From positions 1,240,001-1,304,000 of the forward strand of contig CM082592.2 of assembly GCA_040954595.2 (NCBI GenBank): 64,000 bases of DNA. Reading direction: 5' to 3'. A program made the translations under genes and the position numbers. The DNA is from Balanoglossus misakiensis. Its lineage: Eukaryota; Animalia; Hemichordata. Below the pieces are notes generated by a model. It saw only the letters and a program-made list of their open reading frames with translations, did not search any database and had not been told where the DNA came from. Of the stretch, positions 44,771-57,800 are shown one piece after another. Positions within the stretch are counted from its first letter, which is position 1. The number at the start of each line of letters is the position of its first letter.

Positions 44771-46197
44771 TTCTTAGTTTTAGGTATGTGTACGTGTACA
44801 CCTAGCTGTGGTAACGCACCTATACCAGGGGGATGGGGGGGGGGGGGTAATCTGACATTTTACTTACCAATATCATGAATGAATCTCTACGCTTTCTCAC
44901 AAATCGCATAACCGTCAAATTCATATCTGAATCTCTGACACTCCCGTCTGTTTCCTCTACTAGTATTTCCTTTCTTTTCCATCTGTTCCATCTTCGCCAG
45001 CAAGAGGATATCTTTCTCTGTCTTCGAAAATTCGGCTAAATTTGGACGATATTGATAGACGCGATCGGTACTAATTTGGCTATAACATCAATTGTTACAG
45101 CCACAAGCAGTCTCAAATTTTACCGTAACTTTGGCATCACCGTCACCATTTAGAGTACTGCGGCTTTTTCCGATAGGATTGGTGTAACTAGCAGCAAACT
45201 CTTGAGATGATTCAGGATGGGCACGGTCGTCCGAATCAGTCTTCACCATCCGAGTCCCACGCATTTCTCGCAGAGTCTGATGTCCATACTCGCTTTCGAT
45301 GTCATGGAGAAAGTCTCGATGACTTTCCGTCATCAACCTTTCCAGATCATCGTCAAATGGAAGGTCAACTGGAACCCTAGAACACATGTTGTTGCCGGAA
45401 GTTCGCAATATAAATCAGACACAGGGAGGGGGGTCACTACGACGCACGGAAACCTTCCTTGGCGGCCGTGAAGTTAGGAATAGGCGGGAAAATCTGTTCA
45501 TATGCAAAATTATCTTCACGGTGATTGACATCTTCTGACGAAATTGTTTCGCGAAAAACCCAAAACGAACTGATGAAATAAATAAAATACCTATATATGC
45601 GTCGTAGCGATTATTTTATTGATAATTTTAACAGAAATTTGTTATTCTTAAATACCATTACACGAAGACAAGGAGTATATGATATACATGTAGAGAGGTG
45701 CGCTAATTTAAGTTTAGGATACAAAGTTCCCGTGTTTCAGACTAATATTGTGCAACATTGTATTCACTTTCATCCATTAGGTTTTTGCTTGAAGCGGCCC
45801 AAATGTCTTCGTGTAATAGTAAGAATATGTTATTTATTTTATTTATTTACTTATAAAGTCTTCATAAAGAAGAGAAGAAAAACTTTTCAAGTAACAAAGA
45901 AAAAGAGCATTTCTACTACGATGCTTCAAAATGACAATTTAATAGTCAGGTCAACTAGACGTACCCTAATTTCCGAATGTTAACATTTCAATTGCAAAAC
46001 AAGTGAAAATGAAAAGTTACATAACAGTTGAATAATAGTCTAAGACAGAACAGAATACATATTTTCAGAAGTGTAGCGCCCTCAGGCAGCCATCACAAAT
46101 TTGCACTCCAAGCGAGGCCCCCTTGATGGGTTGACAACCCTGCACCCTCATGAAACAGGTGTCTCTACAGTCACATACACAAATATGTGTATAGCTT

Positions 46198-49100
46198 CTA
46201 TTTCTTTGAAAGTTGGTCTCCAAGAGCCAGAAGGACACGCCTTGGTATCGCTGGGGAGTCCAACTGAAACTCCTCTGCTAGTCCTACGTCCATACGAGCT
46301 GATCGGACAGCTTCTTTCACGGCAAAGAACGAAGACATTGCAAGTACAATGCCAGCTTCGCCTATACCCTTTTGAAAATAAACAAAGATGTAAATTAGTA
46401 AATAAATGATCAAAGTGCCTTTAAATGTACCTAAATAAAAATCTAAACGGAATTTATAAAACTTAATGTGTTAACCTAATAACTGGACTTGTGGAGAATG
46501 TACGATATCGAGTAGGATCAGTCAACGAAGTGTATAACCTTACCTTTGATGAATAGATGTTGTTCGGATTCTCTGCATTCTTCAAAAGTTCCACGTTAAA
46601 AACTCTGGGTATATCACCCGCACGTGGTAATCGATACATGCCGGGTCCACTGTTGATGAGCTCTCCTTTGTCTGACCACATAATCTCTTCTCTCATAAAA
46701 AGGCCGTATCCTTGCATGAAAGCACCTTCGACCTGTCATCAAAGCAATGTGATATTGATAGGGTGTAACTGAACATGTAAATAACTATGTGACAAAAACA
46801 AATTTAAGCATGCATTATTTGCCTCCTGGTAAGTCTAAAAGGCAACAGGAATCTTAGATGTGTAGCAAGATAAAACTATAAGTTTATAAAGAAACTGGAC
46901 ATACCTGTCCAATGTCAATTGCAGGATTGATACTCCTGCCGGCATCCATGACGATATCTACCCGCAGCAGTCTGTGTTCTCCTGTCAAACAATCCAGCTC
47001 CACCTCTGAGCACGCTGCGCCATATGTAAAATAACTGGCAGGGTTTCCTTTCATCCTGACACTGTCGAAGTTACTTTCTTCATGACTGCATCGACAAAGG
47101 AACGTGTTTATTATTAGTCAATGTTATCCAAATGTGAACATCTTGTATTGGGAACATCAAATCTTAAAAGCTGTGCAAACTTCCATTTTAGTTTTTAGGT
47201 CCCTTGGTATGTACCAATCTTGAAAACCGCTACGCGTATGACCTCGATATTTGGTGTGTAGATGAAGGCAGGGCTGTAGATGGGAGTTTGTTCAAATGAA
47301 GTTGTCATTGCCAACAATATGCAAATTACCTGGGAAAATGTGTAATTGGTCAAAACTCAAAAACCACTGGTCATATTGATTAGAAAATTGGTATGCATGT
47401 ACCTTATGTCAACCTCATACAGTCCTGTATGTTTTGAGCTAATATTATTGATTTCCTATTTTTATGCATTGTTTTGTATTTGTCCATGTTATTGGTAAAA
47501 AGTCTTCATTTCTGAAAGTGATGGGCTTACTTTAGTATGAAGCTTCCTAATGGTTGTCTGAGTAACCATAGTTTTGTTCAAATTGTTGCAAATGTTGCAT
47601 ATTTATAATTTTGAGCAATATTTGCCATTTTTGGTCAAAATTGTTTTTCTTTTAAAACTGCATGCCAGATTGCTTTGCAATTTGGTGGGCATGTTCGTAG
47701 GGGTAACCTAAGTAATAAGTTGTAAAAAAATGTGATATTTTCATAAATGTGTTATCGGGGAAGGAAGTTGCTTCTCATATGTGTTTGTACAGACAATTTT
47801 TGGTCAATTTTTTTTCTAGCACCACTTGTAAGACTGCTATGACACATGACAGTTTATTGGGCACGTTCCTTGTTAATTTTTTTACATTGCATATTTCTAT
47901 ATCGTAAGATCATATCTGCTTGGAATGTCACCTGTAATTTTTATTCTTGTGTGTCACTGTTTCCGCATAATCCTCAAATGGGACCACAGTGTCCTTGACG
48001 CTATTTTTTACTAGTTAGACCAGAATCAGCCAAGAGTCTGGCACAGGGTATGCAAACGTCGTTGCCAAGGTTAGCACAACTGTTATGTAAAAGTATTCAT
48101 ACAACACGTCCTTGCGACTATCTACATATCAAACAATGAGGTAAATTAAAGGTATAACATTTATCAGCTAAATATCAAGTAAATGGATTAATCCCCGATT
48201 AAGATCAAACGCGAATAAGTGTTAACGCGAGAAATAACTGCAACCATCGACAAATTGTACATTTAAAGAAGTATCTTTAGTTTTCACTTACCAGAAATGG
48301 CCAATAGCTGATAGGTTAACGCCATCCATGTATGCATCTTGTGTCTAATATAATTAAAATAGATCCGACAGCTTTTTTCTCATTGACCAAATTTGATTTA
48401 TCGAGATTTATTGAAGATACATCATTTATCTAATTTCGATCATGAAAATCACATGATTTTGCATATACATTCCTTGATTATGTTTGCAATTGAGTATGAC
48501 ATTTATCAATCTGGCATTTCTAGTACGAACAGAAGTTTAGTTCTAATACAACACTCTGGTTATACATAACGTTTTTAAGATTCCCCTGGTTATACGCTTC
48601 GCAATTCTTTAAGATAGAAGGATTGCAGATACGATAAAACTCACCCATTCTGTCCAAGTTGCTTCTGGTTTGGCATCCATGTATCGTTTTAGCCTTTCCT
48701 TGATTTCGTTACATGCAAGCTGTTGTAAAAACAAAACACCGGGTTGCTTTATTTCCGTTCTAATTATTTTCGCACAAAGAATGTTATCCTAAGGCTGCAT
48801 TCACAAACACCTCTGGAAGGGGGGGGGGGAGAATTCAATTTTTTTACCGCTAATTTTCACATGCCCCCCTATACAACCCGAAATATTTTCAAATCCCCCC
48901 TTCCGAACTGCCAAAATTTTGAAATCCCCCCCCCATTTTCTTTCACAGAGCAAAACACATCACCTATCTATCTTGTAAAAAAGATTAACAGAGCTCCCAT
49001 GAAAAGAATTTGAAACTGATGTTTCCCCTCATCAGTGGGTATTAAAACTGAACATTGTTTTTATTTTTTAAGTATTGTATTCTGTGTCGGGAGACATTGT

Positions 49101-52100
49101 AAACCGAGAATTGAAGGGGTGTCCCCCTCCCACGTAAGAAATGTTTATAAAATACAGAGCTCAAAGCTGCATTTTAATGAACCCGGCAAAAGCAAATTAA
49201 CTCAACTACCGGTATGTTGGGGAGGACAAATTTAACCCTCGCCGCTCAAAGTTATCATGGGGTGGGGGCAAGTCCCCGGACCTGGGACACTAGATAAACC
49301 AGTCAATGATTGAAAGGTGTTGATGAATGGAGGGGGTGGGTGTGGGAAGGGGTGTCCCCCTCCCACATTAGAAAATTTTGTAAAATTAAGGGCGCGAAAC
49401 TGCATTTTTGTGTACTCAAAATAAATATTTAGTCGTCATAGTTTTCAAGTCCCCCCCTTTCAGTCCCTAAAATATTTCAAATCACCCCCTTACATACCCT
49501 CATTTTTTTCAAATCCCCCCCTCAATTCTCCTGCCCCCCTCCCCCCCTCCAGAGGTGTTTGTGAATGCAGCCTAAGAATCTGTCTTTGAATACGAGAATA
49601 TGATGCTGATTAACTCCAACTCTTCAAAGTGTTCAACTCTTCAAACATGCCTACATACTACATTACTGACATATACATGTACATGTATAGTAGTTGAGTT
49701 ATAATGCGTATTTGTCATGCTTTCCGGTAACGTAAATACATGATGTATTCATGAGAAACTGATTGCCGTGGACATTCGCAACTTGAAATTAGTATACCTG
49801 CAATGCTTTCCCATTGACGTCTGTGCCTACGCTTGCAGCAGTCTGCGGTGCATTTGGCACTGTCTGTGTACTTGTGTCAGAGATATAAATGCAGTGTGAA
49901 GGGATGCCCAATTCGTAGCTGGCAATCTGTACCAACTTCGTGTTCAGCCCTTGTCCCATTTCAATGCCTCCGGTGGTAACCAACACAGATCCGTCCAAAT
50001 ATACTTGAACAAGAGCTCCTCCCTGTATGACGATCAATTAGATAAATCTTGTGTAAAGTGCGCATGCACATTCACGCTGAATTGTTTGCAGTTACTAGTA
50101 TTTTGTGCAACACATTTTGAGCAATCCAAGCCCCTGACCACAACAGCCCAGTCAGGGTGTTAGAAACTGATGACGAGTTGAAATCAATTTTTGTTCACCT
50201 TAATTGCATCATCTATTGATCTGAATGTAAATACGAACGCATAGAGACTTTCTCCTGTCTGACAAAGTCATGGATAAATTCTGCCTCGTGAGCGGAATTT
50301 TAGATAATCAATTTTGTCTTCCCACCTGCATCAGCTGTTTCGTGGTCAGTCCATTCAAAAATTGGAGTGGCATGATAGCAATCCCTTTCTTCAACCATTT
50401 ATGACACCTGAAAAAGTGTTCAACTAAAAGTGGTTAACTACATTCATAGTGGTCAGGAACATTAACATTGAACACCGCCGACTCGGATGCTTACTTGAAA
50501 ACCTTCAGGTTTTCAAATAACCAAGGACAAATTCTGGACAAAAACGTAATTAAGATATTCAGTATAGAAGACACAAAACAAGACATCACACTTGAAATTT
50601 GCCAAGATCTTGGAGATAGGTAAAACATCCACACCTGTTAAATGTACTCATCTCCTCTTGGCGCTTAAAGAAATCACTTTTCATGAGACATTCATCCCAA
50701 CACCTATGGATATTACATTGTTTCACTAGCTGTCCAAAATGAGTCTGGTACCCATCTCCACGAAAATTGATTTCTCTGATCTGAATAAGTAGGATAGTGA
50801 TATATTACTATATATTTCCCATGACAAAAAGATCCGCGTGCAGATGAAATCGTTTTAAGGGATATGATGTTTAGACGCTGTTGGCTTAAACCCCGGTGCG
50901 GAAAGACTGAGGATTCGGATTAACGTGTGTTTGTATAGTTGTTTATTTGGGAGTGGTCGTCGTGCATAATGACTGTGTAATTGATCTCATGTACACACAG
51001 TCTGATCTCAGCCTATTGAAATTCGCCAAAATCTTACAACAGAGAGCCTCGTTTTCACTTCTATCCAATATGGCGGCCTACCGAAAACTTGAAACCTGCA
51101 TGCTGGCATGAAAAGAGGTGTACACGCTTTAATTTTGGATGACAAGGTTCGTTTTCCATCAATTATTGTCTAAAAGGATGTTGTCTTACGCTTTATGACG
51201 CTCGTTTTAGCTGTAATAAATTATTTTGAAACCCTGCATACTGGCGATGTGGCAGTGACTCGATCGTACGATGTTATGAATGTGAATGCTAATTTTTGAG
51301 AAGCGATACAAAAATTAGAGGGTCTTGAGCAGAAGCGTAAATACGGTTTTTCACATGGTCTATGTATTAGCTATAACTGTGCCAAGTTTGGTTTGCCTAC
51401 GGTGAAGCACTTTGACGCGGGGCAGTGTTGAATGTGACCTCTCAAGCATGTATAGGACCTCCGTAAGGGTGTTTCGATTGCGTAACACGGAAACTCGGCA
51501 GATCAAATCACAGTCCCCGGCAGTCTGCCGGGACTTTACACTGAACATAACATTGCAGATGAGTTATGAGACAATCAATGCTCGATAACAGCCTAGGTTT
51601 TGACAATGGATATTCATGTGTTTTAGAGATAAACCCGGATAAGTGGCGGTCTGCATAGACAGTATGTACATAGTATGCATAGTGGTGACTGTGAGGTTAA
51701 TCTGACAATGAAATCATGGTGTACTACAACAGACTACACTGGTCCAACTCTCCTTTTTCTGACATTGATTGGTAATTTGGCAATTTTTAAAAACATTTCT
51801 TTTTTCTTTTTGATTATTTCTAATTTAAGAATTTTATGTATATTTTTTCAATCAATAAAATTATTGCCAGCCTTATAATTCTACATTTAGTTTTCTAACT
51901 CCATATCTGAATAATCACTGTAATTATTTGTATCATTTTCATATGCATTTGTTGTACTCTCTTGTAAATCTTCCTCAGGTAATTGGTATTCCTGTTCTAC
52001 CTCTTCTATCTCTAGTATGTCAAACGTTTCAAAAGTATCCACCATTTCTTCATTCATAATCATTTCTAGAATTGAATCATCTTCACTTACTCTGTCAATA

Positions 52101-54839
52101 TAACTTCTACTGGTGTTTTTACCACTTCTAGTGTTTTCACAGTTTGTTATGTATAGTGGTCTTTATGGAGTTTAGAATGTTATTCCTTCCATCCGTGGCA
52201 TTTGCCATAGACCTCAGCAGTCTATTTAAAACCAGCAAACTATCTCTACTCTTGGAGGAAAACACAAACGACCCCTTTCTCACCATTATGAAAAGCTTCA
52301 CAAAGACAAAGTATGTTGCAGTTAAAAGACTGAAAATGACTATAGAAAAATATGACTTGCATAGACAGACTGATAAATGCCCAATCAGTTACTATGCCCA
52401 GACTGGACAAAAGCCTTTCACTGTCACTCTGCACAGACAGCCCAGACAAATGCCAGTTCACACACACACACACACCCTGCAAAGACTAGACTAAATATCA
52501 GTTCACAAAAACTCTGCACAGTGCAGCCTAGACAATTGTCAGTCAAACTAAAACCACACAGACTACTCCTACACAGACTGGAAAATGCCTGTTCAGTAAT
52601 ACTCAAACAATAACAGTTAATGATATTTACCTTTTTAATTTTTATTGTCAAATAAATACAATATAATATATAAAAGGTAACAACTGAGGAAAGCAAGATT
52701 AATAAAGGAAACTCCTGAATGCAAAAAAGTGTGGGAACTGGCCACCAACCACACCACAGGCAGTAAAACACCGATCGATCAGCACAGACACACTTCTTTC
52801 TTCGTTGTCTCCTGAAAGACAAAGAAACAAACTGTAAGGCGTACGATAATTATTGGTGAAGTTCTCAACAAGAGATTTGAGAAACACTTGCTCCGGCTTC
52901 CACACACACACGACACTGCTGCAACAGTGCACGCCAAGCAAGGAATGATGCTGCCCGGGAAACTTTCCCTCCGGCGCACTTACTTAAAGGGACAAAGTCT
53001 CTCTCACTGCCCTTTTTCCACTAATTATGTTTGATACAAGACACTGTTTATGTTAATGTACATGTGGATATATAGTAAATCTACATTCGACCACACACAA
53101 CTTCCATCCCACTTGTAAGATATGAGAGTAAAAACTCGCCCAAAATGAATAAATGGTAAAGAACGATTATTCATTTTGGCGAGTTTTTTCACTCTCCTGT
53201 CTATAAGAGGGATGGAAGTTGTGTGTGGTTGAACGTTGATTCACTATATATCCACATGTAGAATAACAAACGGTGTCTTGTATCAAATATAAATATAGCT
53301 GCAAGCAGCGATGACGGGCCCAAGCTTAAGCCGAAGGTCAAAGGTCATAAGCGGTCACCCGAAATTTTGGCAAGAAATTTTGACCCCATACTGGTCCGTG
53401 TCCCACAAGAACAAAATCTCTAGCCCTATTGGTTCGCCTACAATTAGGTATGCGCATAATTAATGAGATAAAGTGTAAGGCTCCATCAGGAGTTCCATCC
53501 CTCCAAATGCCAAGGCTGTATCTGCTGTGGATGCCGAGATATGGTAAAGTAGGTCAAAGGTCACCTGAGGTCACCCATAATTTGGGCAAAAATTTTTGAC
53601 CCCATACTGGTCCATGTTCAGCATAAATCAAACCTCTAGCCCTATTGGTTAGCCTGGAATTGGGTATGCACATAATTAATGAGATAAGCAGGTGTCACAG
53701 GTGACCCCAATTTTGGCTTTTCAATTTTAGTCCCAACCCTCGAAACGCCAAGTCTGTACCTGCTCTGGATGCGGAGATATAGGAAAGTAGGTCAAAGGTC
53801 ACCTGAGGTCATCCAAAATTTGGGCAATTTTTTTTAACCCCATACTGGTCCATGTCCCACAAGCACGAAACCTCTAACCCTACTGGTTAGCCTGTAATTA
53901 GGTATGCACATAATTAATGAGATATGCAGGTGTCACAGGTGACCCCAATTTTGGCTTTTCAACTTTAGTCCCAACCCTCCAAACGCCAAGTCTGTACCTG
54001 CTGTGGATGCCGAGATATAGGAAAGTAGGTCAAAGGTCACCTGAGGTCACCCAAAATTTGGGCAAGAAATTTTGACCCTATACTGGTCCATGTCTCACAA
54101 GAACGAAACCTCTAGCCCTCTTAGTTAGCCCAGAATTAGGTATGCACATAATTAATGAGTTAAGCAGGTGTTACAGGTGAGCCTAAACTTGTGCCTTTTA
54201 TTTTGGTGCTATTGTGCTCACTGACCAATAGACAGTCACTGTACAGGACTATTGCACAGACCAGAATTCCACAATAAGACATAGACATAGCTTAACCATA
54301 GAGGTATAATTAAAGGTATAAATTTAATAAAAAAAATTATATAAAAAAATCGGTCGATTTTTCATATTATTTTTTTTTCGCTTAAAATTATTGACAAATG
54401 CTAGGCTAGCTGCACACCAAAGTTGGAGATGGTCGGCCTAACAGATTTTGAGATATGTATGCATATTTATCCAAAATATGATGTGGTCATAGCTTTACTA
54501 TGTGAAGTATAGGCCGATGGCTTGGGCGAAAAAATATGAAAAATAATACTTAAAAATCTTCTTCTCAAAATTGACATGGCCTATGGCCTTGACATTTGGC
54601 ATGTAGAACCCTGGCCATATGGCCCACAAAGTATCTTAACAGAATTTTGATATCTCCATTCATATGCAAATTAGGCCAAATTGAAAATTTTGCCCATATA
54701 TGGTCATCAGGTCACATGACTAATTACACATTCACAAGGGTACTGCACCAGCTCTCATAGCCCTGCACCATTGTGCCAAATGTGAGATTTGTAGGTTCAG
54801 CCGTTTTCAAGATCTAGCTGGACAAAAAAACGACACAAG

Positions 54840-54871
<32 letters not shown>

Positions 54872-57800
54872 GAAGAAAAACCCCAGTAATACCAATAGGG
54901 CCCAAGCCTGCTGGGCTTGGGCCCTAATTAATGGAAAAAAAGGCAGCTAGAGAGAGACTTTGTCCCTTTAAGGTCTACGATGACGTCTGGACACCTACTG
55001 TCCCATCATTGCGCCAAAAATCATGTCCAATCAGAGCTCTCAGCAAGAAAATTACGAAATTGGACCGGGACATAATGATCTAAAATAGCTTGCCACAGTC
55101 GCGCATTCGCTACTTCCGGGTATGGATTCCTTCCGCCGCCATGTTAGAACACGGTACATACACACACTCAGTAAACAGGCGTTCGCAATTTTTCCGGACC
55201 TTGAGCAGACTAAAAATACGCAAATTTCGATAAAACAATAATCAACTCAACGATTTATGTCAATTTTCGATTTTTAAAAACCGGCACTTAGACGCGGGGC
55301 AGTGTTGAAAATCAAGGAAAAATCGTGAAAGTCCGTACGGGCACACCACTCGAAACGCGTATAACCTAATTCTTTGGACTAACAATGGCGTGAAATATGA
55401 TAGAAACAGCAACTTACCGGGTATACGTCAGTTTCGGGATGAGAATAATTCTTCTAACGCAGTATTAAGCTGGAAAAGTGAGATTATCGGTACCTCGGGA
55501 AAAAATCCTAACGGTCACATACTTAAGCACGGGGGCGCTGTTCATTTGAAATGATTTTATGCAAATGCATGTAAATTAGGTACCCTGAAATCAGACTGCA
55601 CAGAAAATAATTGAACTCTTTACACCTCCACGCGATTGACAGCTGTTTGAATGGTGTGGTTATTGTTTCCCAGGGACGCTCTTGAAAAGCACTGAAACCA
55701 GATTTCTCCCAAAGTCATCGTTGTTTCAAAAGCTCGTGTACTTTTTCGTCGATAACTTTATGTTGTGTGTGTTTATAAAGCCAACTACTATCGTGGTGTG
55801 GTGGAATTATTTATGCTTGGACCTGTTTTGGCCGATTTTCATAGAGCCAAGATTGTTGGTGTTGCCTGTTGTCAGTCAAACGGCATTAAGATTCGCCACT
55901 GATTTGAGGGGTCTTTTATACCCCGCACCGGGGTTTAAGGTCACGAGATTGTATGTGTATAGTACTAATAACGGCTGCAATTAAATGGATAATTTTCTGT
56001 CAGCGGTTTTTATAACAGTATCTTCATAACAGCATATATGACAAGCTTCCGTTTTGATAGTTTGAATTCATTCACTCGTCTACCTTTTGCTGACTCATGC
56101 CACACTTCACTGCAAGGTCTGAGAACAGCATCTCTATTGCAAACACGGCTTGCGGCCTCCCAAACCCTCTAAAAGCAGTGTTACTCGGGATGTTAGTCTT
56201 GCCAACGATTCCTTTGAATCTTAGGTTTTTGACGTTGTAAACGTTGGTTACGCTGAGGAAGCCATATCCTATTATCTGTCAAAACAAAGGGAACATATTG
56301 CCTATGAGACGACTTGAAAGATACAGATCCGCCAAAAAGTATTTACGCACCTCAATAATGAATATTTGCCATGAAAAATAATTCACAAAATCGGTCGACT
56401 GGGATTTATGTCCGGAAATAAATAACCTACGGGAGGTTTCACCCATTTTAGCCAATGTACATTGTAGATGTGTTACCGCGCCGAATATGACTGCAAACGA
56501 GCAGAGTTTTCCGGCTAGAGAAAATTCCTATGGTTATTTCAATAGAGCAAAACATTGACATCTCATTTGCATATAATTAACTTTTGGCGCCATTGGCACG
56601 TGTTGGAGACTACACAAGAATGAAAACATTTACACAAAGAGCCTTACACGCAGTTGACGATCTTCAGTCTGTCCACCATTTGCAAAGAGGCTTATGTCCA
56701 CCACCTTCAATATGCCATCTCGTGAGAAGCCAGCTTTATACTTGACCAGATATGGCATTCTGTGCCCGCTAATTTTCATATCTTCGTCTCTTTCTAAAAC
56801 GAGTCGTACAGGTTTCTTCGTCCTATTGATTGAAAAGTGTCACTTGTTGTTATATCGTCCCAAAAGCAACGCCCAAATCTATTGCTATGAATAAATCGGC
56901 GATAGAAATATTTGTTCCATTCTATCTGTCGATACAGTATAGACGTTGCTGGTCAATAGTTGGGCACGCAAAGAAAAATCCACTTACTTCTGAGCTGCAA
57001 GTGCACATATGGAACCATATACCACAGGAATTGCCATCTTCGCACCGTACGACCCACCCAACCGAGTGGCTTTGCAAAAGACCTTGTTCTTGTCCACACC
57101 AATGGTTCGAGAAACTTCCGTCTGTGAACGTTTAACATAATGTGGGTATTGCTATGCGAACGCCGATCAGGAGAAAGGAAATGTTTGAAACTCCGGAACC
57201 ACTGACAAGAGGAACTATTGCCATTGAATTTGTCTGATTGAATTACTCATCCCAGGTAACTTTCGCTGGACACACAGTTTAAATATCATATTGGGAAATG
57301 CTTAACTCACCTGTAATAACTGGAGATTATGACACGATGATATGACTTCCATTTTTCTCTCACCAATATCTGGTATGGCGAGACAAGAGTGAGGCTCCAT
57401 ATAGAAGTGTTCTTGCTCTCCAGTCCGGACCTCACCTTCCAGTACACCATCTGACGTTGCAAAGGTACTATCAATATCTCCGTGATCAAATTCGATGCTT
57501 GGTTCAAAGATGGACTGCTTGTCTATGGCATCCTTTAATCATAACATGCAAAGAATATAAAGTGAACGTCAACGGCCTTAACTGTAAATAATGTTGTGGT
57601 AGAGAGGGGCACATATCCCACACTGTGCTACCAATGTTGGTCGAAGAAAATTAGTTAAAAATCAAATAAAGACGACAGCAGAGGCGTAATCATATTGCCG
57701 TGAAAATGCATCTGACAGCCTGGGCAGTAAAGGGGCCTCGTAGATGAAGCACGGGGCAAAAAATGTACTATTAGAATTGAGGCGTAATATGGCTTTCCAA

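Larger units (their letters stand above)
33790..45800 (-). mobile_element. Second, decayed Sola element (transposase pseudogene) fragmented by nested insertions
   Basis: Exon 1 at ~44867-45390 (CGC..CY...RV..YR.NLAEF.K), exon 2 at ~41655-41750 (LKSHYK..HGLKG...NAFSF). Exon 3 pieces at 40692-41240 (FGLPMPA.PR, TDVC..CE), 34655-35096 (INYL, HADNCG, EPGHTKCIGDACFGKIRQLY) and 33790-34050 (YLKPL*GIRTYHHFRF). The terminus TTTTGCTTGAAGCGGCCC at 45800 resembles the first Sola TIR; the other end was not found. Confidence 0.8.
50890..55934. mobile_element. TTAA-flanked TIR element (~5 kb including nested insertions), intronic
   Basis: TTAA|ACCCCGGTGCGG ... CCGCACCGGGGT|TTAA; superfamily uncertain (Kolobok or piggyBac-like). 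Confidence 0.65.

Noticed and set aside
50326-50407. Suspected frameshift in an oxidase exon
   Set aside because: A recount gives 82 nt, in phase and open ([27 protein letters not shown]).
56823-57310. Apparent loss of the GGGFGGK Moco-binding exon
   Set aside because: The exon is present at 56988-57121 in a frame not shown in the ORF track, reading [10 protein letters not shown].
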